Origin: Trichinella spiralis
Lineage: Eukaryota
Direction of reading: 5' to 3'
DNA length: 64,000 nucleotides
Assembly (NCBI RefSeq): GCF_000181795.1
Contig: NW_003526941.1
Location: 10,937,751 to 11,001,750 of the forward strand
Every line of letters begins with the position of its first letter. Position 1 is the first letter of the stretch. The position numbers and the translations under genes are program-made. A model generated the notes under the pieces. That model was not told the origin of the DNA, did not search any database, and was given only the letters and a program-made list of their open reading frames with translations. Of this stretch, positions 53,101 through 64,000 are shown one piece after another.

Positions 53101-54596
53101 TAATTTGTACTTTATTGTCAATTGTATGATTTTAGCATACTGTATGTTAAAGGCTAATTTGCAACTGTTCGTTGTGCTTGAAAACAAGTATTCTTGTATT
53201 GGTGCATTGTTCTAATTAATGCTGAATAATCGATTGATAGTGAAAGTTAGTGCAAAGCAATAAAATGCGCAGATAATTTTATTGTGCAAGATCTGCGATT
53301 ACGATTTAGCATAAATTGCACATTGTAATTTGGCGATGACTGAAATCTACGATGTTGTTTTTTTTCATATATTTTATGCTTTAAAATTGAAAGAACTGTT
53401 TAAAGTTTGTTTGTTTAAATTCGTCAATTTCGTACAATAATTGATTTTGAATAGTGCAGTTTGTTTGAATAGTGTGCATAGTGATGTTGTCGCCGTAATA
53501 TGTAGCTTCTGTTTGCATCGTTCATCTTACCCAATGTGACCTTAAACATGTTTTCCCTTGCCTGCTTCGGTAAAAGGGAACCGGTCAGCTAATGCGTCCC
53601 AATGGGCCAGGGGTGGGTCGAGCGTGAAAAGGGTTTTTCAATTTCAAGGCTCAGGAGATGGCCAATTGGCCAGGCCAAGGCGACACTCTTCCGCTGTCCG
53701 TAACGAAAGCACAAGCATCGTCATCATCATCATCATCATTATTATTATTACATCATTGTCAGTAGTTGTGCCAGTAGTTGCGAAGCTAACCTCTTGCAAA
53801 AATGTTCAACTCTTACCAAAATGCAACAACCATTGCCAAACATCCAAGCAGTTGTTGCTTGGATTGTTCTTTTGAACGTTCTGTTGTTGCCTCTTCTGGT
53901 TTATAGCCGGTTTATGCGAAAATAATAGCAAAGATCCGAGACAATAAATATAAAATAGCATTATTTGCACGTCTCCGAATTGTTAGAGACGTTGTTCAAC
54001 GGCCGGCCCACCACCAATCTCCAACTACCTTTGGACGAAGAGTTGCAGAGTGGAAAAGATACGCAAGCAGGCAGGCAGGCAGCATGTTGGCGATTAGCTC
54101 TTTCAAAGAGATCTTAAGTAAGTTGTCCATGAAAGAAGTGCACGATTTAAAAGCGGATTGATTGAGCAAAAGGAACAACAAAATATGTGCAATGGGTGTG
54201 ACCTGACCTTGAGTTGTGAAATGTCAAGTGGGCGAAGTTCTTGTCTTAAGATGAATAGGGAATGGAAAATTGATTTTCTTGGTTGAAATTACTTATTGCC
54301 AGCGCATAATATGAAATAAAACCCCACAGCCCAACCCTTGGTTGCATTTGGGCAAAAAAGGATTGCGCAAGCGCCACCCACTGGTGACAGACGTCGAACG
54401 TTGGAATGTGATAAGTGCGTCTGGCTTGTAAAATGTTCAGAGTGCAAATTGATTGTTCGTCCTTGTTAGCCAAAGACAGCTGACGGCGGCCAAATAGTCG
54501 ACGACGTTCGTCGTCGGTTCCCCCGTTGTTGATGTTGTTGTTGTTGTTTTCTTCTTCTTCTTCTTGTTGCTAGCTTTTACTTGAAATTTCAACGGG

Positions 54597-54954
54597 ATGT
54601 CGACCGACAGCGGTGGTTTTGTACCTTCACCGCATACTGAAAACTGCCAACAACAACAACAGAATCAACAAGTTCCAAAAGCCCCGCCAAGACGGCGCCA
54701 CGCTTGGAAAAAATTTCTCCTCAGCTTGGGTCGATTAACGTCAGCTATCGACACTGGAACTTTCGTTTCGACCTGCCCTCGCATACGGATGAGTACCACT
54801 TGCGCGACTGTAGACCGACACTACAGACGTGCCGGTTCGGCTCCAACAAGCGTCAATCGTTGTGCTCCATCTGTCCAACATCAATGGAATCAAATCTCCA
54901 CATGGGCTGGTCGTCGTCGACGTTTACAACAGCACTTTAAACTTCAAACTTCTG
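54597..54954 (+). CDS. Probable alternative first coding exon of a large unidentified gene continuing past the window
   Basis: GC-rich open frame MSTDSGGFVPSPH...KLQTS, preceded by a pyrimidine tract and TAG acceptor at 54573 and ending at a phase-1 donor g|gtatta. Confidence 0.55.
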
Positions 54955-57900
54955 GTATTATTCATTCATTCAGTGCATAAATTTCCCATTCAAAATATTC
55001 ACATATTACATAGATGTTTTCTCTTCATAATTATTATTATTAGTTTTGTAATTGAGTTTTTTCTTGTGTTTTTGTCAATTTTCTTTTTTCTCCATTCAGT
55101 ATTGTTTTTTACATACACTGATGAAAATGGGCGTGAATAGGTTAGCTTGGTTAGTGTTCATCAATTATGTTTTATTTCAAACATTGCTTATCGGTGGTTA
55201 AATTATGCGCTCTGGAATGGAACGTCAATTCGACAGTTTTCTGGGCCGCAGAAGACCTGTTGTAGAAATCACGTCAACTGTGACGTGATTCATCAAATGG
55301 CTAACTTTTCATCTGATCATCACCATCAGATAATCATATACATATTTTTTGTTTATCATCCAGAGCTTTTTTCTTTTTCTCCACATCCAGTAGTGTAGTT
55401 AGTGTGTGTCTATTTTAGCTTTCTTTATTGCCTCTAGTGTTGAGATTGGAAATTTCACGTTCACATAATTAATGAAAACTTATTTTGTTTACTTTCGAAA
55501 TTTGCGTATTCATATTCCTTGAATATTTATAATTTGTTAGTTTGCGTAGTTTATTTGAAGTTTGAAATGGGGCAGTGTACTAATTGCCAGCGGCATAATT
55601 TGGCAGAGGTGAAGCGTATTGTTATTGATCTGTTTGTTGTTGTGCATCAGTCAGCAGTTGTCTGTCTGTATGTGCAATTTGAATTTGCTTTTCACAATTT
55701 GAATTCAAATCTTACCAGAATTTCATTTCAATATCTTTTTTAATCTTTGTGAACTATAGTTTAATGTTTTTTCTCCATTTTTTTATTCTTTTTCTCGGTT
55801 GGTTTCACTTAATAAGTTATTAGCGTAAGTGGAAGCATGTTTGTCGACTAGAAATGCCTACAGTTCAGACTGGGGTGGATTTTTTCCAAGTGTATGGTTT
55901 TGCAAGTATTCATTTGAATTTTTCACGTTCGGATCGTTTATGAGAACAATTTTACCCCTTTATCAATAAGCGACGGATGCATTTTTAATAAAACGTTGCT
56001 TTGCATTTTATGCATTATCCAGCCGTTGATGGCTTGTTCAATTATATCATTACGTTTTTACACTTTGGTTGCACTTTGCACGTTGCAGTTTGAAATAATT
56101 TGAATTTGTACGTGCCAAATTAATTTACGAATTGGTAGCATGTCACTTTTCAGCTAACCGACTGACAGACGGAAAGACTGAGTCACTGGCTGAAGATGCC
56201 AGAGAAAGCAGGCTGTTTAATTTATTATCAAAATTTTGACGCGGAATTTTTTCATTGAAGAAGATCAGTAATTTGCTTCCAGTTGCAAACAAATAAGGTT
56301 GATGTTCAACGATGCAAAAGCTCATTTGCCGCAGCAACAACTCAGCGGAAGCAATTAAAAATAAATTTCCTTTCAAACACAGGGCAGGCAGGCACCGTTA
56401 GTTCCTTTGCTGACCATATATAGCTTCAACGCTAACCAACTTGGCGACTATTTTCTTCAATTAACTTTCCATTGATTTTGTCCTTGTTGTTGCTTTTTTG
56501 TGTCCTTTCGCCTCCGTTACGGCCTGCCGATTATTCTGTCGACCAGGTTTGCTATCTTTTGAATAGACAAAAAAGCAGCTTCTTTTAAATACAATTTAAA
56601 TACTTTTGTTTTTGGAGACAAAAAAAACATATGCAACAAAAGTTATGTTTAAATTTTCACACATATATATATATATCGTAATGTATCTTCTGTCCATGCT
56701 AAGTTTTCTGAATGCGTCAGTCAGTGTTCAATTTCAAACAACAGAGTAAGCTTACTTGGTATTGGGGTAATGCTTTTTCCCGGCGGCTTTCGCAAGAATA
56801 TCGACAAAACAGTTGACGAGGTATATTATATAAACCCCTTGAGAGAGAGAAAGAGATTGAAAGTAGGCTGTCAAACTTCTTCTATTGCTGTGGAAAAAGA
56901 ATCTCTTTGCTACTTGCACTCTTGTTACTGAACATGCATTGCTTGTTAACTATCAATAATTTAATCGTATAACTTTTCAAAAAGAAACAAAAAAACATTA
57001 TTGAGATTTACTGTGATAATAATATTTCATTGTTGATGCTATAAAGACGTTGGTGACTTTGAATTTAGACGAACATAATTTCAACAAAACATTTTTTCAG
57101 AATTGTTTGAGAATTTTTTCACTTTGCTGTTTGAAAAATTTTTTTATATGCATGCCGTGTATGTACTTGTTTGGCATGACAGTGAAATAAATGTTCTGCA
57201 AGATTCATTCATATTCTTTGAAACTTTTTCCAATATAGAAGCAGAATTTGCGCAATTGATGATATTCAAATTCCACTCTAAAATGTTGGCAATGAACTGT
57301 GTTGCATGCAGTTCATGAGAAAAGTGCCTGCAAGGCTCTATCAATCAGTTAGGCTTGTCATTCAGGGGCCATATGCATATGGTATCTGCATAGCTATTTA
57401 TTTATAAATGTACATGCCGTTTAGTTTAGTTGATCGACGTTGGCAAACAATTTTTGAAATTCACGGCCGCCTGTTGCTTGCTTTTAACGAGTAAGGAACA
57501 TGCGTAACTTGACTAACTAGTGTTTTACGTTTATTTGGACTGAAACACCTAGGTGAAAATGATTTCGCTGTGCAATAAGCAGCTAAACGGTGTTCTATTA
57601 CAGAAGATTAATTTCATGGGCTTTCTTTTTTTAAAATTTTATTCCATACACTGACTGAAAGTGAGAATTTGAAATGCTTGTCATGCATGTGTTTAAATGA
57701 ACATAATACGCGCCGTGTTTTACGTTAAACATGTTTAAAATAAATGAAAAATTTCCCATTTTATTCTATCCAACATTGTAAAGTTTCATGCAGTTTCATG
57801 TTGCATAATAATCGTCACATGTTGTTAAGTTAATATTTAGAAAATATGCAACTATCATCTCATCAATTCATCGTTTATTCAGATTATTTCACGTCTGTTT

Positions 57901-59601
57901 TATGAAACTTTATTATTGTACACTTCTGCTTGCAGCGAACTGAACTGTTTGAGTGAGTATTCTAGTATATAATATGGTTTGTTCATTGAGAAGGAAAATT
58001 TGATCGCGTTATAAAAATTATTTGTCATGTGCAATTAATTTGTTGCTAGTACTTGGTTTCTTCCATTACTTAATTAAAATGTCATCAGAGCTAGCTAGCT
58101 ATTGACGTCTGATCAGAGCAGTCTTATTTTTCCATATATGTATATATGTATATATATAGAAGTTACAGGCGAGTTTAATGCATTTACAAATGATTTCTTC
58201 TCTCAACTCTACCTTTTGATTTCTGTTGTCGTCAATGTGAGCATTTTTTTCACTTTATTTATTTGCATTTCAAAATTGCAATTGGTGTGATTGATGGTGC
58301 TGAAAAAACAAGCGTATGCATATTTATTTTATAGAGTAAATCCGTTTGTGAAAATGTAAACTTTTTTTCAAGTTTTGCTTCAATTAAGCATCAGTTGATA
58401 GAAGAAACTTTCAAGAGGTATAATTATTTTTGTTCTTCATTTTTTGTGATTGAAAATTATTTCAAAAAACGTGTCTTATTTCTAATCTATAATTGCTGCT
58501 TGATTGGCAAAGTGCCGATTGGTGGCAGTCGTTTTCACATCACTGAAAACAGTTAAGCGTCGCCTCCGCTTCCGGAAACGACGAAGCTCTTTGGCTTTGC
58601 TGAATGAAGTTTGTTGCTTCTCGAAGCGTTTGTTTAATTTTATTCAATCTAGATGCAATTTTCTGTCTGTTCCATCTGTTATTCCGAGGTTTTATCGCTC
58701 GAAGCTGTCGACGTGTATGTGTGTGTGGAGCTTTTTGAATTTTTGAGCAATGCAGTAATTTTTTCTCGAATATTGTTCAGACGCGCACACATATACACGC
58801 ACAGTTAATTATTTGACAGAGAATTTGCATTTTTTTCTTCTTTTTCGTTTGCATAATTGCATTTCTACATATAATGCTGCAGTTGTGATGGGTGTTGTTG
58901 TAATGAGAATAAAACTGACATTATTAAGACTGATCAGCAGGCGAGCAGCAATGTTCAGCGTCAGTCAGGCCCTTCGGTCAGTTGATGTGCTGCTCTGTTT
59001 TGCATCATCACATCTTGTTTACTTTTGTTTGCTTTTTCATTCAAACGATGACGAGTGATCTCTGTGTGCGCACACAACTTGCGTTTTCTTCTGCCATCTC
59101 TGCACTGAAATAATATACGGTTCATGCTTTTTGGCTGTTGCGCACACTGATACTGTGAGATTTCTGAATCAGCAGCTGAAAGAGTAGTAGCCGACTGTTT
59201 TAAATATATTACTGCTGACTGCTTGCAAGTTATTCGCTCGTTTGAGAATGTGCGTGCTAGCTAGCTAGCTAACAACATATGCGTATTATGTAAATTGAAG
59301 TTGGGATCAGTTCGGTTGATTGGTGATGTTCAGTGGTAGTTTTATAGCATCGTCAAATCCTCTTCACTATTCTCTCTGCCTCTCATTATGGCAGATGGTA
59401 CTTTATTTCAAAGGAGTAGTACAATTGAGTTATTCGGTGCCCCAGTGTGATGATCAAAATCGATGCACACAGCACGGTCTGCATGATGAATGTGCTCTCA
59501 GTTTTGGCAGTTTTTCTCTTTTGTCCAATCGTTTACAACCTATAACGTCATTGACTAATAAAAATAAATAAGCACCATTGTTAGTATTATTACTTTTGTA
59601 G

Positions 59602-60288
59602 AGGCGAACACGGTTGCCGCCGACTCAGAACCAACAGCGATGGGCTTGCTCCGCATGCAAAATGGTGAAGCTCGTCGTGCCACGTGGCTTTGGCAAAGCA
59701 ACGGCGATTTGTCCGTCGTCAACTTACCCCAAACAGTGCGAACCGACCATTTGGACAAGCCGTACTATTCGATGAACAATTTGACTGAACCGGACGGTGT
59801 GGATTCAGTTGCGTTGTTGAAAATGGAACCCACGCCCAGAGGATGGGTAAAATTGGAAAATGCCAACCGCGTCGCTTCGGTCGAGCCGATGTACACCAGT
59901 GCTGAACAGCACGCGGAGGTTCAATCAGCCCGGGGTCCGTTCGAACGGCAACGCCCTCATATGAGAGGTCGAAGACCCTGTCGACCGCCTGCATTGTATA
60001 CAGGCAGTGCGTGGGACGTGAGACCGACAACCGCTGCTGGTGAACAGCAGCAACTCGCTACGAAGAAGTCAACATATGCACAGTCGTCGGATGTTGTCAA
60101 AACGTCCGGCAAGAAATCCGCATTTGTCCGAGGCTTGTGCGATTTGGCGAGCGTTGAACGCCTCAGGCAATGGAAGGCGAAACTGCCATTGGTAAATAGA
60201 GGGCGGCAGCAAAAGAATTGCCATACTATTATTACTAATGAACAAAATCATTTGCCTACGCTTTGGTCTTCAAACGTGGAAATACCAA
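59602..60288 (+). CDS. Probable 687-nt coding exon (disordered, no recognised domain) of the same unidentified gene
   Basis: Acceptor ttttgtag| at 59601, open in phase 1 for 229 codons (includes ORF 59640+), donor a|gtgagt at 60289. GC content is clearly above the flanks. Confidence 0.7.
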
Positions 60289-63109
60289 GTGAGTGTTATT
60301 TATTTATTTATTTATTTATTTATATGCCTAACTTTTAACTGTTTATTATCAGTGGATGGATAATTTTTTAAATTTGACATATTTTATCACAACACTTTAA
60401 TTGCAACTTTATTGTAACATTCATTCTATAGCGTATTATCATTTCACTTCTTATCTATCTTTGGTCATCTGTTAGCTGAACAGTTTTGCTGTTCGAGATT
60501 TTTCACTTTAACGTTAGCGGTTTCATTTGCTCGTCAATTTCTTTCTTCTTTTTGCTTCAGTTTATCAACTGCTGAAATTCGGGTATTCATTCATATTTTT
60601 TTTCACTTGGTCGTAGTGTAATTTTTATTTTTCAAAAATATTTCATTCACTCATCAATAGCTTGCAGTGTAATAAACGTTGCATCTACAAGCTTCATAGG
60701 TTATATATTCAACTCTGCTTTAGAAATTAATAACAAATAAAGGTTTGCATTAGATTTTTCTTGGAAGAATGTAAAGCGTAGATATACTATTATCATTATA
60801 TTAACGTATTCTGGGTAAATTTTGTCACGATCAATTTTAGAAACACACTTTTGAGAGTTTTTTGTTGTTGGTTTTTTAAAGCATTTAATTCTTATCGATG
60901 TGGATAGACACACAATTTTCTGCTATGCATCGACCGACATGTTGTATTTTTATTTTTCAACTTTAGCAGCAAAACGACAAATGTGCTGTTTTTGTTTGTG
61001 AACAAAAGAGACACGAATTTGATACGAGCAACGTTTATTGATCACATTTTAAGCATGAGCACCAGCTTAGCAGCTGAATGACATGAAAATTGAATTTCAA
61101 ACATCACTGTGCGCTTTCTCGTTGCTGAAAGCTTTGCCGGGTGGGTGGTTGATTTGCAATAAATGAAATTTCACAATTTTACAATATCAAATATAAAATA
61201 TTTCTAATTTAGATCAATTTTTCCAATGAAATAATTATCAGAGTTTAGAAAAATTAAAAATTTAATTAAAAGAAAAAGATAAGCGTACATTTTAGTTCAT
61301 ATTGTAATTTTTTTGAAAATTAAGTACATATTGTTGGCCGCCAATGGCAGAGAAATTGACTAGTATTATGCTGCTGCGCATATTAATGAAATTGTTTTCA
61401 TCACAATCGTTTCTATACATTAGTGTTTTTTTAGTTTTTAATTATATTTTTGTCGTGCACTTATTGGGTTTATACGAGTCGGTGACTTATACAAGCGAAA
61501 GGTTTGCAATTGAGACAAATTGAAATGGTGGTGCACGCATAATTTTAAACTGGATAATTTTTTGATTAATTTAAACTTTATTGTTTGTTTTCCTTTTATT
61601 TATAAATATTTTGTTTATGAATAATACAGCCTAGTAGGGTAGGGTTAGTTAGTAGTAGTTAGTATTGTTGGATTTGCATTGAATTTTCTTGGCAATTGCT
61701 TTTGGTTCAACACTGTTTGCTGCTGTTGATTCAGTGCGGGATGGGGTTCATTTATTCGCTTTCGGTAGTTGTTCTAATCGGTTTAGCATTTGTTGCTCAT
61801 TTGTTTACTCTCTCTCTCTCTCACCGCTTTTCTTCATGAACGCTTGCCATTTCGACTCTTCATAATCTGCAATCCAGATGCAAATGGCTGTTTTGATGGC
61901 CAACGTTGATCAAAATGGGCTTATCCATTTTGCATATGAATCTTGCCCGCATGAGCAATAGCAACAATGTTGAGCTTCTTTAACTCAACTGCCGGAAAAT
62001 ATTGGCAAATTCAACAGTAGCTGGTTGTTCATCAAGACATTTCAAAATGATTTAACTAAACAATATATATTTGACCAATTTGAAATGTTCCGTTTCTTTT
62101 CATATTTCTTGGTTTTTCTTAGAGAAACAAGAATGTGGAACTGATTTATTAAAAATAACTAAATAATAAGCGTCTAATATAGTTGTAGCAGTTGGATATT
62201 TAATTATTTAACGTAGTTAGTTGCAGCTGATTGTAGAAACATGGTTTTGAGGACATGGCTATATATACATATATAATGGAAGAGTCAGTGTAATTTTTTT
62301 TATTTACACAATGCTTTTACCCAAACGAATTTGATCACTCGATTTTATTTATTTCTTTTCACTCTGCCAAGCTCATTTTACGCAATTATTATGTATTTAC
62401 GGTGAAAATTTGCAATATTTTTCGTTTACATATAGTGTGAGAAATTCTCATTGTGTGTTGTTTGTGTTGTTGCTTACAATTGCTTGAAATCAACGAAATT
62501 ATATTCCCCTGTGGCCTGTTTCCAGATGTTAAAATGGTGCAGCTGTTTGTTATTGATAATTGCTTAAATTTGCGCAAAACATACAGCGTTTGTTTGTTGT
62601 ATAAAGCTAAAGAAAACAATCGGTCTAGCCGTTGGCTGTGCTTGCTCAGTGCAGAGAGTGGAAATGCTTGAAAATAAAATTCCTACTGAATGCAATGAAG
62701 TGTGGTGATTGGTCATTATTTTGAGACAAGAGAACAAAAAGGACAACCAAGTGTCAGTTTCAGTTAAGATATTATAATTAGCATTGAGCTTTTTTCTCTG
62801 GCCGACGATTGACCAATCAACTGAATAATGAACCAACCCCTGTGCACACCGGTCGATCGATGTTTTCCCAACTATGTCACAGAACGTCATAGTGCTTCTA
62901 TTGAATCGATGCAGAAGTTGTCGTGCCGTCGTTGCTGTTGGATGCGGTGAAATGTTGTACTTTTGAAAGCAGCACTGTTGCATCTTTTTGCTCATCTTTT
63001 GCTACTGTTGCTCAAAGTTGGATTTGTTTGTTTGTTTGTTTGTTTGTTATTTTGTGTTGTGGAAATAATTAACAGTAGAAGAAGAAGAGCAGAGAAAAGA
63101 AGAAAGAGA

Positions 63110-63197
63110 ATGTCACTTTTGCACGATGTACGAAATTATTTGTCGCTCAGAAATTACACCAGGCGTCCAGCTCGTCGTTTTCAACATCATCCCACCG
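63110..63197 (+). CDS. Probable short alternative first coding exon
   Basis: MSLLHDVRNYLSLRNYTRRPARRFQHHPT follows a purine-rich leader and ends at a phase-1 donor g|gtaatc. Confidence 0.45.
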
Positions 63198-64000
63198 GTA
63201 ATCGTTTGTTGTGTAGATGGTGCGGTTGAAGTTCAAAGCTAATAATTTTCAGAGCTTTCACATCTTTTATTTTTGCATTTGGTACAGTAGTCCACCGTTT
63301 GCTTTTCTTTCATTCTGTTCACTTTTTCACAACCTTTCGAAACTGGTATATCTAAATTGAGTTGCAGTATTTTGCAAAAGAACTTGCGCAATAATCGATG
63401 TTTGCGGTTATTTATGTTTCTTCAAAATTATGTTGCTGTCGTTGTTGTTGTATGTCGCATTATATAACTATGCATAATTGCTAGCGAGCCAGCCTCCAAT
63501 GCGAAAGTTCACTTTGAAATAAAAAATGGTCGACGCGTTACTCTTTCGGGCAGAACTGTGAATTGAATGGGTGAAATTTGTCAGGGGATTTTTCAAAATT
63601 TTATTTCAAATTTATTTTTCTCTTCGCCACATGCTTTTCCTCTCAGCTTGAACGGAGTTATGCTTTAAGAGAGGGGAAAAACACTTTTTAAAATTGAATT
63701 AAATGTACAAAGTAGTGGTGGTGGTGATGTTTTGTCGAAGTAAGCAAGCAGCAATTTTCAGAAGGTGACGGTTTTGGTTCTTCGTTCTCAGGATCAGCGT
63801 TATGCTTCTTTTTTTTTACTTTTTGCTCTCCTTTATCTCTGTTGAAATTACCATAGAAAAAAGTATACTGTTTGTTTGTCTGCAATGGTAAATTGTTTGT
63901 TTCGACATTGATAACGGTCGAACATAAATTATTGAAAATATTATTTATTGAATAATGAATTATGATTGTGAAAAAAGAAGAGATAATTCAAAAGATAACG

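Overview
Eukaryotic, very AT-rich genomic DNA with short (~55-80 nt) GT-AG introns. It is most consistent with a nematode, probably a clade I parasite such as Trichinella; this is inferred from intron style and gene content and is not proven. I assembled the genes by hand from splice sites. In order they are: 3' part of unc-18/STXBP1 (+), a group I PAK kinase (-), an FMR1/FXR-family RNA-binding protein (+), a Cys-rich secreted orphan (-), a secreted PAN+Cys-repeat+WAP protein (+), an RNF220-like gene with no visible RING (-), a mitochondrial crotonase-family enzyme (-), AGS3/LGN/Pins (GPSM, +), and the 5' end of a large unidentified gene with several phase-1 alternative first exons (+). The most unusual structure is a TTAA-flanked piggyBac derivative in the first coding intron of the GPSM gene. 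Its 5' half has been replaced by a ~630-bp inverted copy of its own 3' end, giving a foldback element that could form a long hairpin in the host pre-mRNA. Other notable items are three probable GC-AG introns, an 18-nt PAK microexon, TGCATG-associated cassette exons in FMR1 and GPSM, and tandemly duplicated 75-nt exons. No rRNA, tRNA or CRISPR array was seen. Exon boundaries are manual predictions without transcript data.
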